This document shows, piece by piece, positions 20,287-30,470 of a DNA stretch of 30,470 nt; positions within the stretch are counted from its first letter, which is position 1; each line of letters starts with the position of its first letter. The DNA lies in contig NW_021832646.1 of NCBI RefSeq assembly GCF_006345805.1, positions 1 through 30,470 of the forward strand. Reading direction: 5' to 3'. The translations under genes and the position numbers were made by a program. Origin of the DNA: Octopus sinensis (Eukaryota). The notes under the pieces were generated by a model, which was not told where the DNA came from, did no database searches, and saw only the letters and a list, made by a program, of their open reading frames with translations.

Positions 20287-20719
20287 TTGCTTACACCATT
20301 GTATTATCATTATCCAGACAGAATGTACCTCACTAAAGATTTACCTCTTTATTACAAGCTATGTAGAATGTACCTCACGGCTGCTTTATATCATTGTCCA
20401 TCACGAGTGCCTGTACCTCACCATAGATATGTCTCGCTGTTACTATATATAACACATTTCCTATCTTTGTGCTTCTTGCCTCTATTTGAAATTTCCATGG
20501 TATTGACGTCATCTTCCATGCTTCTATCTTCCACATTCCATCAATCTGTCTCTTTTCTGATTTTTCTGATTGTCTCCAGGTGCTTTGAAATTTCATAGTC
20601 TGTATATTTTTAACTTTATAGTAAAAAAAAAAGAAGAAATTAAAAAAAAAAAACCTCATCTCAGACATTTAGAAATGTAAAATGCCAAAAATCTCATAGT
20701 TAATAGGTCATCATTACTG

Positions 20720-20732
20720 CTTCATATTATCA

Positions 20733-20794
<62 letters not shown>

Positions 20795-20841
20795 TTATTA
20801 ATCACCCTGGCAGCAAATAAAAGAAATCATCATCATTATTA

Positions 20842-20897
<56 letters not shown>

Positions 20898-20921
20898 CAC
20901 CCTGGTGGCAAATAAAAGAAA

Positions 20922-20952
<31 letters not shown>

Positions 20953-21101
20953 CATTATTATTATTATTATTATTATTTACTATTATTTTTGTTGTTTGCT
21001 ATTATTTTTATTATTATTATTTTTATTTTATATTATTATTGCTACTATTATTATGTTATTATTATTTTTATGATTATTATTGTCATTATTATTTTTATTA
21101 C

Positions 21102-21134
<33 letters not shown>

Positions 21135-21680
21135 CATTATTATCATTATTATTATTATTATTAATATTTATATTACTACCGCTAGTACTACTACTACTAC
21201 CACTACTACTTCTACTACTACTGCTACTACTACTACTACATTAATACTTTTATTTTTATCATCAACATCATCATCATCTTCCTATAGATTCCTCTTCCAT
21301 CTTGTAAAATCAACTTTTGCATCATTCATTATTCACCGTAAATATCCTATTTTTCTCTTTTGGTTTTCTTTTTTTGTTTTTATCTTTTTTTGTTTTTTGT
21401 TTTTTTGGTTTGGTTTGATATTTATTTTTATTTTTGCATATTTTGTATCAATTGATGTCAGTGCCATCTTTTGATTTCATCAGCATCATCTTCATCATCA
21501 TCCTCATCATCCTCATCATCATCACCTTCGTTACCATCATCATCACCGTCCTCCTTGCGATACTCATCATCATCATCACCACTACCATCACCACCACCAC
21601 CACCACCACAAGCAGTACCATAGCCACTATCATCATAATCTGATCACCATTACCACCACCATCATCATCATCACTTTGCA
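20720..21680. repeat. Long (ATT)n, (ACT)n and (CAT/CAC)n tracts
   Basis: About 1 kb dominated by trinucleotide repeats. Confidence 0.9.
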
Positions 21681-21766
21681 AGTAGTCTTTTTTTTTATTT
21701 AATATCGATTATTTTTTTTTGATGGTGCATTAATAATAATTTTATTTTTTTTCCTATCTTTTTCAG

Positions 21767-21790
21767 CGGACTCGAATAATGTCAAAAGAG
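21767..21790 (+). CDS. Candidate 24-nt frame-preserving microexon of an unidentified host gene
   Basis: TTTTATTTTTTTTCCTATCTTTTTCAG | CGGACTCGAATAATGTCAAAAGAG | GTATGT: long polypyrimidine tract, CAG acceptor and AG|GTATGT donor. Phase 1 reads x-D-S-N-N-V-K-R-x. Confidence 0.5.
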
Positions 21791-22632
21791 GTATGTACAA
21801 AGATTTTAAGTCCTATAATTCTATATTTAACAAGCACCACTTCAAAAGATGCACATAAACCAATAATTATAATAATGTAAAAAAAAATTTTTTAAATAAT
21901 AAAAAAAAATACTAAATCGTACTGAAAGCCCCACCCTCACTCAAAACTAACCTTGTACCATGCATAGACACTCTGCCAGCCCTAAATCAAATATTGGGTA
22001 TTTTCCATCATTAGAAAGCCATGCCTCACTTCATTGAAACTCTATTTGGATGACATATTGAAAGTTTTACTTATACAACTAAATGTTGTAATTATATTTA
22101 TGTATCCAGTAATTTAAAATGAATTTTGATTATATCTGAAGGATTCACAAAGAAACAATTCAGCAAATGGACATTTATTTAAGATTTAAGGTTATAATTT
22201 TTCCATACTATTAACCTCATCTTTATTACACAATCTATTATTTATAATATTTATATCATTTCCTCCACATTTCAATCAATTTCATCTCCAATCCTCTTCA
22301 CCATCATCAAGTGTTTAATTTTTACAAAATGTTAATATTCCCAGACTGGATTTAATCTTTCTTTGTATCTGTTCTGTTTATATCTACACCTCACTCCTGT
22401 CAGTTTTGAGCTCTAGTTTATATATATCTACTCTATATTTTTAATCAGTTTGCTTCTCCATCTTCATCCTCATCATGTTATTATCACTATCAGGTGTTTT
22501 ATTCTTCAAATATGTGGTGGGTGTCCCCAGGCTGGCTTGATACTAGGATTATATATTTCAGCGTAAGCATAGCAACAGCCTCTATGCACCAGTCCCATTA
22601 GTGCATGTAGCCAAATGCTATACAGATGAGCT

Positions 22633-23035
22633 AAGGCACCAAGTTAGCAGAATTGTTAGCACACAAGACAAAATGCTTAACAGCATTTCTTCCAATTTTA
22701 TACTGCAATAGCCTGGGCTTCAGAGGTCCACAGCTCTTCAATATCCTCCCGAAGGACCTAAGAGACCTGCATGGGGTGGATGCAGATGTCTTTAAAATAA
22801 AACTGGATCTCTTCCTGTCAAGAGTCCCAGATGAACCAGCTTCGTGGCAGGAGGTGCAGATGAGGGCAGCTGCATCAAACTCTCTCATGCACCAAATGTC
22901 AATTGCTAAAAAGCATTCGGGAAGTAAAATCATGTAGCAACACCAAATGGTGGTGCCCCAGCATGGCCACAGCTCGTGAGCAGAAACTAAATGAAATAAA
23001 AAAAAATTTTTTAATTTTATGTTCCAAGTTCAAAT
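22633..23035 (+). mobile_element. Family B-related SINE head split by the LINE insertion
   Basis: AAGGCACCAAGTTAGCAGAATTGTTAGCAC..AAAATGCTTAACAGCATTTCTTCCAATTTTAT | GTTCCAAGTTCAAATT. Confidence 0.7.
22702..23012 (+). mobile_element. 5'-truncated CR1/L2-group LINE 3' end (ORF2 C-terminus, 3' UTR and A-rich tail)
   Basis: Peptide CNSLGFRGPQLFNILPKDLRDLHGVDADVFKIKLDLFLSRVPDEP...RAAASNSLMHQM, stop 22935-22937, resembles the CR1/L2-type ORF2 C-terminus. Direct repeat AATTTTAT at 22694-22701 and 23013-23020 is the TSD. Removing the insert restores a continuous family-B SINE head. Confidence 0.85.
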
Positions 23036-23040
23036 TGTCT

Positions 23041-23413
23041 TTGCTCGGGTTTGTTTTCTTTACAACCCTTTAGAATCGGAATTTTTGAAAAGTAAAAATT
23101 TTGCATTATGTAGCTTGTTATTCTCTTTAAGTGAGCATTTTTCTGGTGGAAATACACCATAAAATGGCGACACAGCAGTCAAAAAATCGTAAAAAATAGG
23201 GATTTTCATAGAGAAAAAAGCACCCTTTTATTGTAAATAATTTTTGGTGTTAACATGGTCCGATGTGAATTTTTTCTTCTACAGAATAAAGAGAAAGCCT
23301 TCTTCTATCATATTCTCAATTTTGGTCAACTTGCGCCACAGGGTCTCGGAGGAGATAGTGTTAGTTGAAGGCTACCAAACCTGCCATATGCAGACAACTT
23401 CAGCTTTATATAG
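23041..23413 (+). mobile_element. Possible non-autonomous Helitron-like element (5'-truncated)
   Basis: CpG-retaining block that starts TTGCTCGGGTTTG, has a subterminal hairpin GTCTC-GGAG-GAGAT and ends CAGACAACTTCAGCTTTATATAGAG. The resemblance to non-autonomous Helitron ends is from memory; there is no second copy in the window. Confidence 0.4.
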
Positions 23414-23489
23414 AGAGAGATTAGGAAATATATAACAAATTGTTAAAATATTTTGTAAGAGTATAACAGATTAATCGTATATAAATTTT

Positions 23490-23548
23490 AGCAACAAAAT
23501 TTTATGTGGACCCTTAAGGATCATATGGACCTCAGTTAAGAACCACTG
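23490..23548 (-). mobile_element. Terminal fragment of the same or a related hAT-type MITE
   Basis: Reverse complement CAGTGGTTCTTAACTGAGGTCCATATGATCCTTAAGGGTCCACATAAAATTT matches 15411-15462 (..GTTCTCAAGCAGGGTCTATATGGCACCTAAGGGTCCATATAAGATTT). Confidence 0.6.
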
Positions 23549-24173
23549 GATTATACAGATGAGGCTAATAGTTTTAAAAATGATAACCTTATTGATGACA
23601 TCTCATCTCACATCCTCAGATATATATTTGCTGGATATAGTCAACAATGGATATTGTATTAATTAAATATCTGAAGCAAACTCATTAACCTCTATTTAGC
23701 ACACTGCATTTTGTCTAGAATTGTTTCCCCAAACAACAGCCCTTTTACTAAAGGGGAGAATACTCATATGGTGACATGATGCCCTTATAGTGTGCTAAAG
23801 GTTAATAATTGTTCTGTAATTGTTACTTATAGTCAATCATTTTATCTAAATATTCAAAGATTTTATTCAATATTGATTTTTTCTTCTTTGCTTTTGGTGT
23901 TTTTTCGCTTCGACCTTTGCTCTTCAAAATTAACATAGCACTGATCTATTATTTAGGTTTTAGTTAAAAATAAATGGAAGCCAATGGCATAGCAAGAGGA
24001 AGAGAGCAGCAGAGGTAATGGGCTGTCATCCTTGGGTGCAGTTGTCACCATGTGCAATCACCTACTGGGTACCGGTGTAAAAAGGGGCAAAAAATATCCA
24101 CTGCTCTGTCATGCTTTGCCCCATCACCACCCACACTAAATCCTGAGAAGTAATTAACTCTTCCTTCATTAAC

Positions 24174-24394
24174 ATAACTCATTAGCATTCAGCTTCCTCT
24201 GTCAAATGTAATACTTATTGTTTCAAATGAATAATGCATTATTATGTAGCTTCAAGAATTTCAATGATGTAATGGTTCATTTTTAGAATGTTACTGTAGG
24301 GTAGGATTGAGAGTCCATACCTGGCCAGTTTGAATCATAATAACAGGAGGAATACGTGGAGCAGATATGACAGGTTTAACTGCTCAAGGGATAA
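24174..24394. mobile_element. Possible decayed piggyBac-type MITE
   Basis: Left ATAACTCATTAGCATT versus right reverse complement TTATCCCTTGAGCAGT, consistent with a decayed TTAA-CCCTTTAGCA terminus. Weak match. Confidence 0.3.
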
Positions 24395-24620
24395 GGAGCA
24401 GAGCCCTGTTATCTTTACAGTGTCCTCAAAATTTGACAACATTGTTTTGCTCATCATTTTAGTTTAAACAACTGTTTTCAAAATAGGTAGGTAACTTGTA
24501 TCACATTGTAAGTGGCCGACGATTTCCACAGGTACTTGTTCTTTTACTTAATCCCCAGGAAAATTCTTACATAATATTGTATATATATTTGTTTGTGTGC
24601 TTCACACATCCCACAAACTT

Positions 24621-24941
<321 letters not shown>

Positions 24942-25419
24942 CACACATACATGGTGGTATCCCTGTACAGTGAGGTGAAGTGGGCCATTGTGAGATAAGT
25001 GACATGGCCATACTGTTATACCAGTGGCGATGTTAAAAGGCAAAACTTCAAATTATCAATCCTCGGAACTTTCCACTGACAGACCAGCATTCAATTGCTT
25101 CAGCCTGTTTTCTTTCTCCCCTTCTCTCTTCCCATCTTTCTCTCATTCCCTCTTGTCTCCCTTTCTCCCCCCTCTCTCACTCTCTCCCTCACACACATTG
25201 AGTCTGCTATTGTTGCATTGAAGAAAGGACATGATAAGACTTTGTTAATGAAGAAATATTCAACAATCCCCAAAATATTCTGTCCTTAAGCCAATTTCTG
25301 TACAATTTCTCATGAACACTTGGATAATTGATAGAATTCTTCATAGAAGAGTTTGGTGATTTTAATTGTTATGAGGGTTAACGAATGTAATGACATGGAG
25401 TCTTGTTCTTTGTTTGGGT

Positions 25420-25795
25420 GTGAAGAAGGAGAAGAAGAAGAAGAAGTAGAAAAGAAGAAGAAGAAGAAGAAGAAGAAGAAGAAGAAAGAAAAGAAGAAGA
25501 GGGAAGAAGGGGTGGGGTAGGGGAAGAGGAGAAGAGGTAGGAGGAGGGGAGGGGGGAGAGGAAGAAGAAGGGGAAGGGAAGAAGGAAACAGAGAAGAAGA
25601 AGAAAAAGAAGAGGAAAAGAAGGAAGAAAAGGAGAAGGAGAAGAAGAAGAAAAGAAGAAGAAGAAGAAGAAGAAGAAGAAGAAGAAGAAAAAAAGAGAGG
25701 AAGAAAGGAGAAGAAAAGGAAAGGAGAAGAGAAGAAGAAGAAGAAGAAGAAGAAGAAGAAGAACAACAACAACAACAACAACAACAAGGAAGAAG
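25420..25795 (+). repeat. (GAA)n-dominated polypurine tract ending in (AAC)n
   Basis: Almost pyrimidine-free for ~340 bp. Confidence 0.95.
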
Positions 25796-25854
25796 ATGGA
25801 AGTGTTTGCTTCATTGCAAGATGGTGGATGGATAATCAACCTATAATACAATGC

Positions 25855-26990
25855 TAGAAAGCCAGAACACTAAACAAAGCTAGCAGACTGTATAGGGCAG
25901 CCAAACTGAACAAGGTAAGGAAGGTGAACAAAGGCAAAGGATGGAAACAAGATAAGGGAGGTAGACAATGCAAAGGCGATGAACAAAGCAAAGAAGGTGG
26001 ACAAGGCAAAGACAGTGAACAAGATAAGGAAGGTGAATAAAGCATGGGAGCTGAACAAATCAAGGGAGGTGAACAAGACAAAAAGTGAACAACTTAAGGG
26101 AGGCTAACAATGCAAGAAAAGTGAACAAAGCAAGGAAGGTGGTCAATGTAGAAGTGAATAAGCAAGTGAAGTAAACAAGGCAAAAAGGTGAACAAGTGAA
26201 GGGAGGTGAACGATACAAGAAAATTGAACAAAGCAAGGAAGGTGATCAAGACAAGGAAGCTGAACAGAGCAGGCAAGCTGAAGAACACGAGGAAGGTGAA
26301 CAAGGTAGGGGAGGTGAACAAGGCAGGGGAGGTGAACAAGACAAAAAGGGAACAACTTAAGGGAGGCTAAAAATGCTAGAAAAGTGAACAAAGCAAAGAA
26401 GGTGATCAAGGCAAGAAAGCTGAACAGAGCAGGCAAGCTGAACAACATGAGGAAGGTGAACAAGGTAGGGGAGGTGAACAAGACAAAAAGGGAACAACTT
26501 AAGTGAGGCTAACAATGTAAGAAAAGTGAACAAAGCAAGGAAGGTGATCAAGGCTAGAAAGCTGAACAGAGCAGGCAAGCTGAACAACATGAGGAAGGTG
26601 AACAAGGTAGGAGGTGAACAAACAAAAAGGGACACTTAAGTGAGGCTAACAATGTAAGAAAAGTGAACAAAGCAAGGAAGGTGATCAAGGCTAGAAGCTG
26701 AACAGAGCAGGCAAGCTGAACAACATAGGAAGGTGAACAAGGTAGGGGAGGTGAACAAGCAAAAGGGAACAACTTAAGTGAGGCTAACATTTAAGAAAAG
26801 TGAACAAAGCAAGGAAGGTGATCAAGGCTAGAAAGCTGAACAGAGCAGGCAAGCTGAACAACATGAGGAAGGTGAACAAAGCAAGGAATGTTAACAAGAC
26901 AAGGCAGCTGAAAATGCAAGGAAATAGGAAAAAGGAGGTGAATGGTGAACAAAATGAGAAAGCAAATATGGCAAGGAACTTGAACACCAT
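25855..26990 (+). repeat. Higher-order minisatellite: 18-bp monomers (consensus ~GGTGAACAAGGCAAGGAA) arranged in a 142-bp octamer
   Basis: Marker CTTAAG(G/T)GAGGCTAA recurs at 26093, 26356, 26498, 26635 and 26773. Unit 26356-26497 is 7x18 + 16 = 142 bp. Flanks are more diverged monomers. Confidence 0.9.
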
Positions 26991-27499
26991 AAGAAAAACG
27001 AATGCAGCAGAAGAGATTGAACAGAGTGGAAAATAAAAATAAAAAGTGCTAAACAATCAAAACTTAATAAACATGACAATCCAAGCATCTTTTAGTTCAC
27101 ATATCACGTATAAATTGTTCAATTAATTATTACCTACTTAATCAAATCTAACAAGAAAGAACTGCAGAAACAGAGAAAAAAAAAAGAAAAGAGAAAACCA
27201 TTATGATTACTACAACTGACAACATCAGCAACAACAACACCGACAAAGAATCTAAGAGACAGTCAAACCGTAAATCAATAAAGTTAGTCAGGCAAGGTCT
27301 GGGGGTGGATCACTTTACTAAATGTCAAATACACCACAGAAATCTGATCAAGTGTAATGACATTGAGACTAAGCTGTAATTAAAATTAATTCCTTCATTG
27401 TGAAACTATAGAGGCAGATAAGAACATTTATTTATTAGCATATGCAGCAGAAAATTAGGTATAATAGGTTTAATGTGAAATAATATGGTAGGATGAATA

Positions 27500-28290
27500 T
27501 ATGAATATATAAACACACACATATGTATACATATATATATATATACATATTTGTATGTATGTATATATATATATATATATGCACACACACATGCACACAC
27601 ATACACACACATATATAAATATATATACATAAATATATATGCATATATATATGTGTGTGTGTATATATATATATATATACAAATATGTATATATATATAT
27701 ATATATACATATATATATACATATATATATATACATATATATTACAAGTTATTCTAAGTTATATAATATATATATATGTATGTGTGTATATATATATACA
27801 TATATATAATATATATACATATATTATATCTATATATATATATAATACAAATATGTATATATATATATATATATATACATATATATATACATATATATAT
27901 ACATATATATATACAAGTTATTCTAAGTATATATATATACATATATATGTATGTGTGTATATATATACATATATATAAATATATATACAATATATATATA
28001 TATTATATATATAATACTATATATAGATACACACACTATATCATATATTTATATTCATAATAATAAAAATATGTATGTATATATGTTCATATCTATATGT
28101 GTGTACATATGTATGTACATATGTATGTGTATCTGTGTGTATGTGTGTGTGTGTGTAATACATATGCACACATACGTATCTTCAGCTAAAATATAATTTT
28201 ATACAGAAGTTATTGTCTGTTAGCTTATGCTAATAAATAATTTATCTTGTGTGTGTGTGTGTATGTGTGTGTGTGTGTGTGTGTGTGTAT
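27500..28290. repeat. Compound (TA)n/(TG)n microsatellite
   Basis: Visible dinucleotide tracts. Confidence 0.9.
27660..27990. repeat. ~169-bp tandem duplication embedded in a TA-rich microsatellite
   Basis: TACAAGTTATTCTAAGT at 27743 and 27912; CAAATATGTAT at 27680 and 27848. Confidence 0.75.
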
Positions 28291-28419
28291 GGGAAGATAG
28301 AGGTGAACACACAGGAAAGCCACCAAATACCATGATCTCATTTAATAGTTTAGGGGGAAACAGTTGTCAGATCTGGTTATTTCCAGTTGACATTGCTGTA
28401 GGGGCTTCCCAGCACTGTA

Positions 28420-28612
28420 ATGTGTGGAACAAACAATTTTAACAAGACTGGAAGTGTCAGCAAGGAAAAATAAAGACAGCTGTTCACTGGTTAGCAAAGA
28501 GAACACACAATTAAGAGAGCATCTTGCTGACTCTGAACAGACAGAAGGAATCGACAGGAAGTCAGAAGAAGACGGCCAGCAATTCCTCATCCCAGAGGAT
28601 GTCATAGTTTAG
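28420..28612 (+). pseudogene. Possible decayed LINE (RTE-like) ORF2 C-terminal fragment
   Basis: GC-richer unique block. Assuming frameshifts it reads ..DWEVSARKNKDS(W)SLVSK.., reminiscent of the RTE W-E-x-x-A-x-D-R-x-x-W-R motif. The reconstruction is speculative. Confidence 0.25.
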
Positions 28613-28768
28613 GGTCAAAATATTTAAGTAATGTTGATCCCCTTCTGATGACTCACCCTGATTAAAAGCTGTGGTAAAATGTGTTTGACTAGACCTACTA
28701 CCATCCCTACTAGTTGTATTTCATGTATCTAAAAGTAATATAAAGCATATATATATGTGTGTATATAC

Positions 28769-28801
<33 letters not shown>

Positions 28802-28957
28802 CGCAGAAGTGGCTATGTGGTAAGTAGCTTGCTTACCAACCACATGGTTCTGGGTTCAGTCCCGCTGCATTGCACCTTGAGCAATTGTCTTCTGCTAGAG
28901 AATCAGGCTGACCAAAGACTTGTGTGTGGATTTGGTAAATGGAAGACCATCGTACAT

Positions 28958-29000
<43 letters not shown>

Positions 29001-29042
29001 TGTGTGTTTGTCCCGCCAATATCCCTTGACAACCGATGCTGG
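28802..29042 (+). mobile_element. SINE family A, 3'-truncated
   Basis: GCAGAAGTGGCTATGTGGTAAGTAGCTTGCTTACC...GGGTTCAGTCCC..., then (TG)n, then CTTGACAACCGATGCTGG, matching 7030-7290. Confidence 0.8.
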
Positions 29043-29114
29043 AGAAAGGGAAAAGTCGAAAGAAGGAAAAGAAATCAACACCATGTATTTAGTTACATTG
29101 CTGAAAAGCCCAGA

Positions 29115-29360
29115 TGTATGTATGTATGTATGTATGTATGTATGTATCTGTGTGTGTGTGTATGTATGTATGTATGTATGTATGTGTGTATGTATGTGTG
29201 TGTGTATATATCTGTGTGTGGGTGTATGTGTGTATGTATGTATGTATGTGTGTATGTATGTATGTATGTATGTGTGTATGTATGTATGTATGTACGTTTG
29301 TATGTATCTATGTTTGTATGTATGTATGTATGTATGCATGTATGGATGGATGGATGGCTG
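29115..29360. repeat. (TATG)n/(TG)n/(GATG)n microsatellite
   Basis: Visible tetranucleotide tracts. Confidence 0.9.
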
Positions 29361-30089
29361 GATGGAGTTAATTGAGATTTGGGGAAAAACCTTGTAGAAG
29401 TTCAAAGCTCATCCAGAGTTGTCGGCTACCTGATGTCATTATAGAGTGGAAATGCTCCTACTATTGGATAAACATCAGGAATTCTGTATTACCTGTAGAG
29501 TTTTATATGGAATTAGTGACATTCTTTAGTTAAGATGACTACAATTGTTTCAATGCATTCTATCACCTGTAGTTTATAGGTGAGATGTTGTGCATCCTCA
29601 GGTGATTTTTAAAATAAGTTCTTTGTTAAATACTCTCACTAAGTCAAATGGCTGACCAGTGAGATAGGTTGCTGGTCTTTGAAAAGAACAAGAAAGGTTG
29701 CTGGCTTTGAGAAAATATGAGCATAGATGTAAGTAAGGTAAAAGAGAAAAGGAAAATGATAGAAAAAAGCAAAAAGGGAATGAAAATATGTAGAATAAGA
29801 AAAATGGAAAAAACGAAAATTAAGAATTGACCTATTTGAATCAGAGTTAACATGGTTGGTGTAAATTAATTCAATGGGGAGAAGCTCAAATGTTGTGAGA
29901 CTGCATGCTTAATGTGAAAATGGTGATGTCCTCCAGTTCTACAAAAAGGAATTTGTCCATATGTTTACATATAATAAACATTTCAGATGATGTCATTCAT
30001 AACATGTGCCAGAAGATTTGAATGAAAATATGTTAATCACTGCTGTATTTCACCTTTATTTCTGTATTTCACCTTTACAATGCATGCCT

Positions 30090-30379
30090 TTGTAGATATG
30101 ATATTCAGCTCATGATTGTTCGATTTCTAGCAGTTCATTGTGTTCTTGAGCAAGAAAATTTATTTTGAGGTTCCTCTTATCCGCTCAGCTGACAAAAATG
30201 AATTGTAAGTTAAAGAGCCAGCTTTGTCCCATTCTGTGTCTTATTGAACGTCCCTGGAAGCTACATTGAGGGTATGTGTGTCTGTGGAATGCTCAACCAC
30301 TTGTACATTATTTCATAAGCAGGCTCCTCCATTGATTGTATCAACTAGAACATATGTCATCATAACCAAAAGAGAGCCA
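30090..30379 (+). mobile_element. SINE family D, decayed
   Basis: GTTCGATTTC B box, TTGTGTTCTTGAGCAAG, CTCAGCTGACAAAAATG, GAGCCAGCTTTGTCCCATTCTGTG..GCTACATTGAG matching the 12646 copy. Confidence 0.6.
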
Positions 30380-30470
30380 GGCCATTTCACCTTCTCCTTT
30401 TAGACAATATATATTGACCATATGCTAGTGGTTGATGCAAAGAGACTGAGATCCTAGTGTTTCAACATGC

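Noticed and set aside
20324-20421. CRISPR array
   Set aside because: Repeats are only 10-14 bp, three copies, non-palindromic, with no cas genes, in a eukaryotic context. Kept only as a spaced-motif finding.
22653-22937. 94-aa ORF as a host gene
   Set aside because: The N-terminal part is SINE head sequence and the rest is a truncated LINE ORF2 C-terminus.
23970-24150. MITE with CAGTGGCGTAGC-type TIR
   Set aside because: Only a decayed left-end resemblance (CAATGGCATAGC); no matching right TIR or TSD.
26800-27036. 78-aa ORF as a real gene
   Set aside because: It lies in the last minisatellite unit, upstream units are out of frame, and there are no splice or promoter signals. Discussed under the repeat finding.

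Overview
Eukaryotic, AT-rich, repeat-saturated non-coding DNA, probably intronic or intergenic. The microsatellite load and the SINE families look like an octopus/coleoid cephalopod genome; this is my recognition and is not database-verified. No complete protein-coding gene is supportable, and nearly all ORF-track entries are translations of (TA)n/(TG)n/(ATT)n/(CTT)n tracts. Supported content: (1) about 30 copies or fragments of at least five SINE-like families, which I label A-E (A-D have tRNA-like A/B-box heads and share modules); (2) a 5'-truncated CR1/L2-type LINE 3' end with an 8-bp TSD, whose tail matches the family-A SINE tail at 23/24 nt; (3) a 218-bp mariner MITE and probable hAT-, piggyBac- and Helitron-type non-autonomous elements; (4) an 18-bp/142-bp higher-order minisatellite; (5) a 24-nt candidate microexon. 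The most notable observation is a ~227-bp foldback element (11019-11245). Each of its two inverted arms carries a Penelope-type minimal hammerhead-ribozyme-like motif, pointing outward from the centre.
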